This document shows, in pieces, positions 52,771-64,000 of a DNA stretch of 64,000 nt (positions within the stretch are counted from its first letter, which is position 1; each line of letters begins with the position of its first letter). The DNA comes from Rhynchobatus australiae. Its lineage: Eukaryota. Location of the stretch: NCBI GenBank assembly GCA_034780895.1, contig JAUZTB010000001.1, forward strand, positions 44,172,841 to 44,236,840, in the 5' to 3' direction. The translations under genes and the position numbers were made by a program. The notes beneath the pieces were generated by a model. It worked only from the letters and a program-made list of their open reading frames with translations, searched no databases and was not told the DNA's origin.

Positions 52771-54479
52771 CTTCTCTCTGGCAACTATCTGATATTGAAT
52801 CAACCACTTCTGCAAACCAAGTATTTGTCAGGAAAGGCTTCTAACCACATCCACTCCATCACCTAGAATCATTTCACCCGACTCTGGCCATTTTGTCATT
52901 TTCCATGTTCATAAACTCAAATATGACTGAATAGAGCTCTGGACCAAGACGTCACTGTCCATACCTACCTTTCATAGGAAACACCATTCATTCATCACTC
53001 CTGTAGTCGCTGACTTATACTAGTCCCTGGTCTTGCACTATCCATGATTTCAAGTCCCTCAATGGCCCACTGTCCTCAACCTTACATCTTTGATGTGTGG
53101 TCATCCAATACTGGACCTTCATACATCATACACATTCAGTGCTTCGACTCAGCAGTCTCCAACCTTTTGACACACTTCTGTGCCAAACTTTTGACACACC
53201 ACCTCCAAAGCTTAAATTCTCCTTGCATAACCAAGCATTTTTCTATTTATCCTATTCTCTCCATTGATATGAAGCAGCCACATCCAGTTCTACTCTACTT
53301 TAGAAAAAGATTGATCAAATTTCTAGCAAATATCTTTATTAATTCTACATTTTAAAATGCTATTGATTACTTGATTTCAGGAAATACATTTGCATATTAA
53401 TTGTTAATAACATTAAAAATACAGCCATTCACCATCTCTCCCATCATTACTGTGTGTCAACATTAATCAAAGAATAAATGCAAACAAACACATTAAAACT
53501 CAATTACAAGGGTAAAACTTTCATTACTTCGTAGGCTTAAGAGTACAATAGCATCGTTCCTTGGTCAGGCACAACCCATCCACATTCAAGAAGCACACCA
53601 CAATCCAATCTACTTCATCGATACTTTAGTCACTGGACCCAATGCCTTACCCCTCCACAACAGTCAGGAGTTGTAGGTCCACAAAGGCTTTGGCATGTCA
53701 AGTTTACACAATGCCCTGCAGCTACATACCAAGACTACTTAGTCTGTGACAACATATTCTTGTAAATAAAGTCAAGAGGACATCAGTACCTCCAAGTCTC
53801 CTTCCCTGCCACAAACCACCCCGACTTGAACATATGTTTTCCATTTCTTTATAGCAAGCAGGTTACAATCCTAGAACTTCATAATGCCACTGTGGGTGTA
53901 TTCTAAATGTGTGTAATTAACAAAATTTCCATCATGAAACGCAAGCTGTAGGGTAGGAGGGTATGCTCCTAAATCTTTAGAAAATTACTTTTTCTAAACA
54001 TAGTTGCAAAAGAGTCTGTTCCATTTTCAGATCTTTCATCCGCAATAAATTTGTATTAGTGCATAACAATTTAATTTTATTTATTCAAGTATATCACTAT
54101 GAATGGTTATAATGATCCTTTGTCAAAATTTTCAAAATAAAATTTATTAGAAGTATTCATTATTTAAGGAAGTCAACCATTTTGGTTCAGTCAAAAGGTC
54201 GTCTGAATCATGCATGAGATTTGAAGAATAGTTTTTAGAATTAACAGAATAAACCAACTCAACATTTAAAGTGATGTTGTTTTCTCATTTACAAAGGCAT
54301 GCTTATCTAAGACCATTTAAACCCCAAACTCAGTTACACAAACATTTTAAACTAGGTTTAAAATCCCCATCTCTACACTTACAACAGAGGCTATCATTTA
54401 AACTTTATCAGTCATTCAAAAACTGTCACTCAAGATGTTGCCACACATAATTATGACTCACTGATAGGAGTAATTTCAT

Positions 54480-55260
54480 GGATTAATTAATGGAAAGAGG
54501 AACAACAGTAGTAAAACAAAGGTAATTTTTAAAATGGTAGGTTATAACTACAGGGGTGCTGCAAGGGTCACTGCTTGGGCCTCAACCACTTAGAATCTAT
54601 ATTACCAACTTGGATAAATTATATTTGGTCATTTCAAAAAATGCTGACAATACAAACATGAGGAGAATACACTTATCTCCTTTGACAAGAAAGAAAGGTA
54701 TATTATTTTAAAGAGATTAGTTTGAGAGATTTAGGTTTCTTGTACACAAAGAATGTTAACAAACTGGTGGAGCAAAGATTTAAATAAATGAAATGTCATC
54801 CTTTATTGCAAAAGGGATGGGATACAAGAATAAGGAAGTCTTGCTGCAAATGACATGGGGCATTGGAGAGACCACACCTGAAATATTTTGTAGTTTTGGT
54901 ATCCTTAGCCAAGGATTTACTTGCCTAAAATGAAAAGATTCCATAGAATGCCCCATACTATTCAGTATGTAAGATAGAGACTGCCTGTTAGAAACACCTT
55001 CTTAAGATCACAAATCAGTCATTTAATACAAGATGAGAAATTCTCTTATATTGGACGGTTGTCAATTTCTTAAGTTCACTTGGCTAGCAAGCTGTGATTG
55101 TACAATGACTGACCCTATTTAATATGTTCAACAGAATTTTGCACCAAGGGTTTAAATTTCATTTATCTTTGTTCCACCAGTTTGTTTACATTTACAATAG
55201 AATTTTGGACCAAGGAAATCAAGTAACATAGGGTTGAACAATAATAGTGATTTATTCAAA
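54480..55260 (+). mobile_element. Highly decayed CR1-type LINE
   Basis: ggggtgctgcaagggtcactgcttgggcctca (GVxQGSxLGP) and downstream remnants. Confidence 0.65.
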
Positions 55261-55923
55261 TCCTAGAAAGCATCTTCTCTAACCTTGCTCCCAGTTTTTT
55301 TTGTTTTAAATGCTACAATGTCTATAGGAATATAGTAACACAGCCACTTGTAAAGTGATCTAAATACAGTATAGCAGATTTCAGAAGCAAATATTCAGAT
55401 ATATAATGAAAGTAGACAAAATGCAATAAGGAATAAATTACATCAACTGCATTTATCCAATTATCTTACACCCTTAAATACGCTTCACCATAAGGCTTAC
55501 CAGCTGGGTCACCTAGTCAGATGTGGAATTTTGGATTCCTGCCATACACAATTCATAAACATTAAGGAGAAAATTTATGTACAACAAGCCTTTAAAGCAG
55601 TAATGAAGACCACAATCAATAAAAAATGGAAAAACTGGTAGCAGGAGCACTTAATATTAAAGAGATGAGGCAGGAGTATAGGCACGACACTTGCACCTAC
55701 TTCATCCCCAGATTCCATTGTTATTCCTTGTAGTTATCAGCTCATCTTTCAGTATTTCACCATTTTCTTCTTGGACTGAGTAACCTACTTCTCAAAAGCT
55801 CTAAGAGAATCCATTAAAAAGCAAGCTAAGGAACTGGTACCAGGACACCATGAAACCTGTAATGTGACCAGGCAGTTAACATGGGGAGTTTTTGATAAAT
55901 CTAGGAATTATTTGATGATATAA

Positions 55924-55926
<3 letters not shown>

Positions 55927-55962
<36 letters not shown>
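55927..55962. repeat. (GT)n microsatellite
   Basis: About 18 perfect GT units. Confidence 0.97.
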
Positions 55963-55964
<2 letters not shown>

Positions 55965-57454
55965 AAAAATCGGTGGACACAGTACTTATTTTGAAAATGT
56001 TTTCTCAAACGATGCAATGCACAAGGTTATTACTCAAAATGGATGGAGGACTAAAGAAAACACGAGTAAAGTGAGTATATCCAGGTTGGTTGGCTTTACC
56101 AGCCAGGTGCTTTAAGTATAAATACTGAGACCTCATATTAATGAGGGATGAAAGAACAAAAGTATTACATTTAATGATTAAAAAGTCAGTGGGTAAAGTA
56201 AGTTGAAAACAAGGAGCAGGATCTGTAAAGGGACACACTAGTTAAAGTGAGTAAGCAAAATTTTGGCAGTTAGAGAATGTGGAAAAACGTGGAGGGTGTT
56301 CATTTCAACAACACACACAAAATGCTGGAGGAACAGGTCAGACAGCATCTGTGGAGAGAAATAATTAGTCAGTGTTTCGGGTTGAAGACCTTTCTTTTAA
56401 AAAAATGTCAGAAACTAGTAATCATTGAGCATGCAGAAGGACTTGAGTGTCCTTGTACAAAAAAAAACAAAGTTACATTCAGATGCAGCAAGCACTTGAG
56501 AAAGCAAGTAGTATGTTAGCCTTTATTTCAAGGGAGTTAGAACAATAAAGTTTCATTACAAGGCTTTGACAAGAGCACTCATGAAGAACTAAGTGCAGTT
56601 TTGGTGCCCATTCTTAAGGGCATACACTTGCCTTCGAAAGAATGCATTGTGAATTGATTGTTGGAATAAAGGCTGTCCTTTGAAGAACAAGACTAAACAG
56701 GAAGAGCCAACAATCACTGGAATTTACCAGCATTTGATCATTGAAACATACATGACCTTTGAGGGAGCCCGATAGGGTGGATGCCAAGGTCTATGAATAG
56801 GGGACATGGTCAAGATAAAACATTGCTGTGTTAAGACTACAAGGAAATTTCTTCAGTGAATATTCAATCAAGTATATTCAAGGCTCAAGATTGGACTCGA
56901 AATGATAGGCAACGAAGTGAAAGGTCAGCCATGATTGGTTGAGCAGCCAAGGACTCCTGTAGCATTCTCCTGATTCCAATTCATCCAACTACTTGAATCA
57001 TCCACTCCTAACTCACTACCATGTTCTCAATACATCTGGAAATAATTCCAAAAATTTAATTTTGAATAAAATGATAAAGACTGCTGCAGTTCCATTGACA
57101 TTTACTAACTAGGCTTTCAATCAAACTTTCTGTACATCTGTCAATCTTCAGACATTATATGCATTGGAAACAGCATGCATATCACAATTGATGCTGTGCA
57201 ATGGATCACTGTGAAAACCACTACCTTACTGTGTTTTATTTTTAGTATGTTAACTCATCATTAAAACATGAATGGCACATTTCAAAATCTTGCATTTGAT
57301 TTGATTAAGAAAATTGCAGGCAATGTGTTACCCAACATTACAGAAAAGACTCAAACCTAGAAACTTAAAAGCCTGGCTTTTTGCCAGCAGTTCATCCTCC
57401 TCAATCTACCTCTTAACTTTTAGGTCCCTTGCTTTCTATCACATTCTCAACCTG

Positions 57455-58092
57455 AAGTTTGGGCACCCCGCTCAAAATTTCTGTTACTGTGAATAGTTAA
57501 ATGAGTAGAAGAGTGAACTGATCTCCGAAAGTCATAAAGTTAAAGATAAAACATTCTTTTCAACATTTTAAGCAAGATTAGTGTATTATTTGTGTTTTGT
57601 ACAATTTTAGAGTAAAAATGGAAAGGAGCACCATGCAAAAGTTTGGGCACCCCAATAGATTTGAGCTCTCAGATAACTTTTACCAAGGTCTCAGACCTTC
57701 ACTAGCTTGTAGAGTCCATGGCTTGTTCATAGTCATCGTTAGGAAAGGCCAGGTGATGCAAATTTCAAAGCTTTATAAATACCCTGACTCATCAAACCTT
57801 GTCCCAACAGTCAGCATCCATGGGCTCCACTAAGCAGCTGCCAAGCACTCTGAAAATTAAAATAAATGATGCCCACAAAGCACGAGAAGGCTATAAGAAG
57901 ATAGCAAAGCATTTTCATGTAGCCGTTTCCACATTTCGTGATGTAATTAAGAAATGGCAGTTAGCAGGAACAGTGGAGGTCAAGAAGACCAACAAAACTT
58001 TGAGAGAACTGCTCAAGGATTGCTAGAAAGGCAAATCAAAACCCCCGTTTGACTGCAAAAGACCTTCAGGAAGATTTAGCAGACTCTGGAGT
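57455..58092 (+). mobile_element. Tc1/mariner transposon of IR/DR type: left terminal repeat and transposase N-terminus (defective)
   Basis: Direct repeat aagtttgggcacccc at 57455 and 57639. ATG at 57820 starts MGSTKQLPSTLKIKINDAHKAREGYKKIAKHFHVAVST (paired-like HTH), then frameshifted TAKDLQEDLADSG. Ends at a gap. Confidence 0.88.
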
Positions 58093-59799
58093 NNNNNNNN
58101 NNNNNNNNNNNNNNNNNNNNNNNNNNNNNNNNNNNNNNNNNNNNNNNNNNNNNNNNNNNNNNNNNNNNNNAAAGCCAAGGCATCTTTCAGCTGCTCCCCT
58201 AGGTGTGACAAAAGTAATTGTTAATTTGTCAATTAAAACCATCATCCATCCTTTCTTGTTATGTATTGGCAATACCATTAAGCACAACAGGTTAGCAAAT
58301 ACAATGAGTGGAAGCCATTTTAACAATACATGTATAGTTTTCTCTAGATGTGTCAAATCAATTTTCTCAAACTAATTCAGCATGCAAGAAACAATGTAAT
58401 TATCTCCCCAGATAGCATGCCAGTAAATTTAAGAACCAAAATAATGCGTCTATTCCTGGAAGTCAATTCCATGGTGCCCAAATTTCATGCTAACTTTCTA
58501 AGCAGAATACATAACAAAAGAAAAGAAAATTCATGAAATTACACACCACACTTCCACGACCTTAGGTCATTTGATTTAATTAAACCACAATTAACCAGTT
58601 AGCCAGAAAGTGATAACCACATACTTAGCATAACTTTATGCATCAAGGATTCACAATCAGGTTTAAAAAAAAATTGAATGGTTATGGTTCCTTGCCAGAG
58701 TATTTAAAATTTTAAACTTGACCATGTTAGCAGCTGAACTGAATTATGCCACAGAATTTAGGAATGTTAATTTTACATATGGTGCTCATCTGCCAAACAG
58801 CAGACTGGACAAACCAATTAATCAAATTTGCCAATTAAGAGTTCTATGATCTGATAACTATATTGTGAAAAAACTGTGGAATAGCAAACAATCTGGAGGA
58901 ACAGCTCCATAGGGGAAAAGGAACTGTCAACATTTCAGGCTAAAACCATGCATCAGGACTGAAAAGTGGACAATTGCTTCCCCCTGCCCCCACTGATGCT
59001 GGTCAACCCGCTGAATTCCTCCAGCAGATTGTCTGTTGCAGATTCCAGCATCTACAGCAATCTCCTTCATGTCTATGGGTATATGGAAACAGAGTAGTGC
59101 TGTCATCACACTTCTTCCAGAGAAGATCGAAGACTGTATTTGGTAAATTTGGCATGAAGGGGGAATACTGTCATATGCTGGATAGCACTGACGTGGAACC
59201 TAGTTACTGAAGAGAGTTCCAAAATGATGACTACTAGATTGTATTTGACTGTGAAGTGTCAGATAACCAAAATTTTTACTGCATTTGAATTTCAACAGCA
59301 TGGCTACTTCTACAAGCAAAAAAAAACACTTTTTGAATGTGATTTTGTTCATCCAACACAACGTTTATATCTCAGCATGGGTGGGAAATAGAAGAGAAAT
59401 AAGATACACCCTCATTTGGTAAAATAAGTATATTGTGACGGCACAAAGCAATATATAAACATTACAGGGAAACCCAAGTGATTTCCTAGTTGAAGGTCAA
59501 ATAGAACTAGACAATCTATCTTGTTCTTCACAAGACAACTGCATTCAATTTTTAAAAAAAACACATTTTTTCATTTAGGAGATCCTTTTAATTTTACCAA
59601 ACATTAACAGGGGACTAAATGCAGCTCTATTCAAGTCTGGCAATCATTTTCATTTCATTGCACTTGATTACGAAAAAATCGCTATGAATACACATTCTGG
59701 AAAAGATATAGATGCCTTTCAAAAATAAATCCCCACTTTTAACACCGTGTTTTCATTAAAACTGGAGAAGACCACAATGATGAACATTTAAATCAATGA

Positions 59800-60125
59800 A
59801 AGCAGTCCAGCAGTGAGCTAGTAGAACCTGGTTCAATCATGTCGTCGCGTACTGTCTGTGCAATGTTTGCACATTCTCCCTTTGGCCACATGGATTTCCT
59901 CCGAGTTCTCTCATTTCCTCCCGCATCTCAAAGAATAGGTTGGTAGGTTAATTGGTCAATGTAAATTGTCCCTAGTCCTTAGGTGAGTGATAGAATCTGA
60001 GGGAACTTGACGAAAATGTGGAGAGGAAAAGGGATTGATGTAGGATTAGTGTAAATGAGTAGTGGGTTGATGCCGACTTGGTGGGCTGAAAAGTATGTTC
60101 CTATGCTGTATATCACTATGACTAA
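59800..60125 (+). mobile_element. V-SINE (HE1-like)
   Basis: V core tttgcacattctccc...ggtaggttaattggtcaatgtaaattgtcccta and tail ctatgact. Confidence 0.78.
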
Positions 60126-61384
60126 TGAATTGTTTCGGCAGGCAAGATTCCAGTGACAACTGTATAAGAATTTGCTTAGTGTAGATTAACAAACACAATA
60201 CAAAACCTAGAGAGACATCTGTAACTGGTTGTCCTTTCAAGGCATGATTGTGGCAAAATTCTGCAAAGCAACCAGTGGCTGAGAATCAACGTCCCAAATA
60301 AAACAACAAAATGGTAACAAACATATGCAAAAGAATTCCAAGTATTAAAATGCTGAGAATTTTCTGTACTCAGCAGAACATTTGAACATATGAAATATGC
60401 AATGTTTGTTTCACCACAAGAGGATGGAAATACAACTAATAGGCAAAGGTAAATTTGCACACTTCCATGGTAGTTAAACTGAGAGGGACTAAAAGTGAGC
60501 TGACATATTGGAGGTTCTTTATTACCTACAGAGTCGTCAGTTTTTATTTATTCTAACATTGCAGGCACTTCTTCCAATATCCCACGTTTATTTTGTAACC
60601 AAACAGGCGCATCAAGAGGCATTAAAGATCAGAACAACAATTAGCTAAATAATTTTGGTACACTAAGAAAAAGAAATTATTGTAACGTTATGGATCCTGC
60701 CTTTTCCATTAATGGTCCAACTAATATTTTCAGAAAATATAAACTGTTTGGANNNNNNNNNNNNNNNNNNNNNNNNNNNNNNNNNNNNNNNNNNNNNNNN
60801 NNNNNNNNNNNNNNNNNNNNNNNNNNNNNNNNNNNNNNNNNNNNNNNNNNNNNNNNNNNNNNNNNNNNNNNNNNNNNNNNNNNNNNNNNNNNNNNNNNNN
60901 NNNNNNNNNNNNNNNNNNNNNNNNNNNNNNNNNNNNNNNNNNNNNNNNNNNNNNNNNNNNNNNNNNNNNNNNNNNNNNNNNNNNNNNNNNNNNNNNNNNN
61001 NNNNNNNNNNNNNNNNNNNNNNNNNNNNNNNNNNNNNNNNNNNNNNNNNNNNNNNNNNNNNNNNNNNNNNNNNNNNNNNNNNNNNNNNNNNNNNNNNNNN
61101 NNNNNNNNNNNCCACAATTTAAGGGTGTCAAGTTGCCAAACTCTCAAAATATCTTGACTTTTTTTTCCACCACATGGAATCAAATGATAACACTGATATG
61201 AAACATGTCAGTGAATTTTTGCGGTTTAAAAAGGCACCACCCAAACTCCTGAGAGGGTGTGAATTAGTCAGGGGCTTACACAAGAACTGTACACATGTAA
61301 ATTTAAACATGTAATTCTCAATGCCTTCAATAGATAAGAATATTCAAACTTTGAATACAAACCCTAATTTGAGAATCTGAGGTT

Positions 61385-62270
61385 AAATGAAGGCAGTGGA
61401 TTTGATGTAGTCTACATGCATTTTTGCAAGGCTTTTGACAAACACTTGCACGACAGACTAGTCAGAGTTGTGAAAGTTCATGGGACACAAGTGACTGTGG
61501 CAAATTGCATCCAAACTTGTTCAGTGGCAGGAAGTGAACAATAACAGCTCATGGGCATTTTTGTGACTGGAAGGGCTGCACAAGACTCAGTATTTGAACC
61601 TTGCTTTTAAAAATGTTTAGACCCAAATATAGGAGGCCATGATCTGATTCAAAAGTTAGCCATGTGCATAACAGCAAGCAGGGATGCTTCAGACTGCTGG
61701 AAGATGTAGATTGTCCAGCCAAATGAGCAGAAAAATGGGAAATGGAATTTAATCCAGAAGTGCAAGATAGTGTATTCGGAAAACTGCACCAAGAGAATGT
61801 ACCATAAATGGGTGGATTTTAAGGTGTAATAGAACAGAGTCCCTGGAGTGTATGCACATTTAAACACAGCAATACAGACAAGTAAGTTAGTTAAAAAGGC
61901 ATTGAGATGCTACCCTTTATTAGCCAAAGTATATACCAGAGCAGGAAGGTTATGCATACAAGTTGGACAACAGCCTGCAGACTGTGTATAATTTCAATTA
62001 TGTTACAGAAAGACAACTTCACTGGAGAGGATGCAGAGGAGGCTTAATATAGATGCTGTCAGAACTGGAAAAATGTACCTATAAAGGAAATACTGGATAA
62101 GAGGTAGCTGTGAGAGATGTATACAATTACGAGGGGTCCAGAAGAGCAAATAGGAAGCAGCTATTTACCTTGGCAGAGGAAGACAAAAAAAAACAGCTGG
62201 CATAAATTTAAAGCAACTGGTAGAACATTAGAGGGGAGAAGAATAAAATGTTCCTTTTCAACCAGCATAT
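61385..62270 (+). mobile_element. Decayed CR1-type LINE
   Basis: gatgtagtctacatgcatttttgcaaggcttttgacaa (DVVYMxFxKAFDK) and later ORF2 remnants. Confidence 0.75.
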
Positions 62271-62748
62271 ACACAAGGGGTTGAATTGCCTCCTATTGTG
62301 TCTTAATATTTTAATGATACAAAATGGAAGTATTTGTTGCTGATAATGGAAGCTATCAATTGCATGAAATTTAATTTGCCTTAATCAACACAAGCCTCAC
62401 GGATATGGACAATTTGCAAGGGGTTAAGTCATTACAAATGCTTTTAACTGTTAAATGACTTTATTCCATCACCAGTTAGTACCTCAATGTTGTACGAAAT
62501 AGTTTTCCTTGAAGCTTACATTATCCTCGGATTCACTTACCAGTTTAGACAAGCCGTTATGCCTGCCAATTTTTTTTAAAAATGGCACCTTAAGTACGTC
62601 GACAGCAAAGGCCGAGTTCGTAGAAGTTCATTGCACCAAATAATTAGGCTTTTGGTAATGGTATTTTTGGGACGGGGGTGGGGGGCAATCCGGCGATATT
62701 TGATCATTTGTTTTAATGCGTGTTTATACAATTATCTAATAGACTCAC

Positions 62749-62853
62749 CAGCCCGGCTCCAACTGTTGTGGTAGCTCCAGCGGTCTCCGATGGCGGCGAC
62801 CCGATCTTGCTGCACGTAGCTGCCAGCAGTGCAAGCGGTGACGGCTGAATGTT
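62749..62853 (-). CDS. SP3: SP3 coding exon 3 (Sp box)
   Basis: gggtag|AAC...CTG|GTGAGT, 105 nt. Encodes NIQPSPLALLAATCSKIGSPP..., which contains the Sp box SPLALLAATCSKIG. Confidence 0.92.
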
Positions 62854-63044
62854 CTACCCACAGGGGGCGGGTTTAGGAGGAAAGTGGGTGTGAATTAGTC
62901 CGGGGCTTACACAGGAAGTAACCGTACACATCAAAATTTAAACATGTGAACACACACACCAACATACAGCAGCCTGTTTACGAGTAAACTGCGAGACAAA
63001 AGAAAGCGCGGGAGGGAGTGAGCGCGGCCCGGGGCCGAGCTTAC

Positions 63045-63128
63045 CTGTGCCACTGTGCTGGAGATACTCGCTCTGCTTGTCCACGTCCAGCGCAGCCATT
63101 TCCTCCTGCTTCACTGGCTTCTCCGGAG
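63045..63128 (-). CDS. SP3: SP3 coding exon 2
   Basis: Acceptor cgtag|CT, encodes APEKPVKQEEMAALDVDKQSEYLQHSGT, donor G|GTAAGC. 84 nt, ends in phase 1 (see frame finding). Confidence 0.9.
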
Positions 63129-63241
63129 CTACGGGGGAATTAGAGAGAAGAGATGAAGGGTAGAGGAAGATCACTGGGCTGCACCGCCGGCCTGACTCGG
63201 GCCGGGCCGGGCCTCCCCGCCGGGGCGCCTGCACAACCTAC

Positions 63242-63248
63242 CAGTCAT
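63242..63248 (-). CDS. SP3: SP3 coding exon 1 (ATG ACT G)
   Basis: Minus strand reads ctATGACTG|GTAGGT. Spliced to exon 2 it gives MTAPEKPVKQEEMAALDVD, the recalled N-terminus of vertebrate SP3. Confidence 0.9.
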
Positions 63249-63296
63249 AGCGAGCGGTCGGTCGGTCGGTCTGTCGGCGGCTTTGGCGGGCTGGAT

Positions 63297-63311
63297 CTAT
63301 ACGGTTAGCAT
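63297..63311 (-). promoter_or_regulatory. Upstream ORF (MLTV*) in the SP3 5' leader
   Basis: Minus strand ggcaccATG CTA ACC GTA TAG, at -63 to -49 from the SP3 ATG, with an A at Kozak position -3. Confidence 0.7.
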
Positions 63312-64000
63312 GGTGCCTTTTCGGGGCGCCGGGCGAGCGTCGCTCGGGGTATTTTTTTGTTCGTTGCTTTGATTGACGGTGCAGGAAGCGGCGAAGGGTG
63401 GAGCTTGGAGCCGGGGACCGTCCGGGGCTCGCGAAAAAAAACCCGCACGGCGTTTGTTGTCGGCTCAACCCAACGCAATGGCGGAAAGCCCGCCCGCGAA
63501 CCGGCTCCTCATTGGCCGCTGGCGCCCGGCTCGTCCCGCCGAGGCGTCCCGCGATTGATCAGGGGGCGCTGTCAATCATGGCGCTTTCCGCTCATAAAGC
63601 TTGGTTGAGCCCCTGCAGTTTCTTTCGGGATGGGTGGGGGGATGGGTAGGAAGGGGAGGGGTTGGTGTGGAGGGGCAAAGGGCTGGGTTGGAGCCGGTCC
63701 CTGCCCTCATGGGGGGCCCGGTCGTTGGGGCTGTGAGCCTGGCACTGGCCTCTCCCGAGCTGCGGGAGCGGTCTGCAGTCGGCGAGTTTCCCGCTTCCAC
63801 CGAGCCTCGATCTGGGGTCATTTCAATGGCTGCTCGATTAGAGGAGGCATGAGGCTGGGCCCGAGGCTGCGCTCGGCCCCCAAGGGAGAGGCCAAGACGC
63901 TGCAAAGAAAGCGTTTAGTTTGCAGTTTAAGATGAGATCTGACTAGAACGAAGCCCTCAATTCGAAAACGAGTGAGCAAAGAAGAAGCTTCCCTGCACCC

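Larger units (their letters stand above)
62650..63905 (-). promoter_or_regulatory. SP3 CpG island / promoter
   Basis: Abrupt GC/CpG enrichment. GC box CCCGCCC 63489-63495, CCAAT (minus) 63511-63515, YY1-like AATGGCGG 63477-63484, E2F-like TTTCCCGC 63787-63794 and TTTCGCG (minus) ~63430-63436. Confidence 0.8.

Noticed and set aside
25835-63248. Calling the gene SP4 because it neighbours a DNAH11-like gene
   Set aside because: The N-terminus, the IKEE region and the C-terminal tail match SP3, not SP4.
63238-63935. ORFs on both strands in the SP3 promoter
   Set aside because: Expected in GC-rich CpG-island sequence; no recognisable protein motifs.
1-64000. CRISPR array or other prokaryotic system
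   Set aside because: No repeat-spacer array or operon structure; the sequence is vertebrate, with spliceosomal introns.

Overview
Eukaryotic, AT-rich, gap-ridden draft sequence. The CR1-LINE and V-SINE (HE1-like) repeat content points to a cartilaginous fish, probably a ray (inference). Two spliced genes lie in tandem on the minus strand. (1) A complete SP3 transcription factor gene with 7 coding exons at 63248->25835, a CpG-island promoter and a 4-codon uORF. (2) About 9 kb past the SP3 stop codon, the 5' end of a DNAH11-like axonemal dynein heavy chain: 9 coding exons at 16441->1016, continuing off the left edge, with a probable non-coding first exon and a GC-rich 33-bp tandem repeat in its promoter. 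The most notable point is the gene order: in human, DNAH11 follows SP4 and no dynein gene follows SP3, so this may be a DNAH11 duplicate retained from vertebrate whole-genome duplication. Other oddities: the SP3 exon2/exon3 junction is one base out of frame as assembled, and a ~60-bp segment of SP3 intron 2 is duplicated in intron 3. The rest is decayed CR1/Rex1 LINEs, V-SINEs, a Tc1 transposon and a MITE. Homology calls come from recalled protein sequences, not database searches, and repeat boundaries are approximate.
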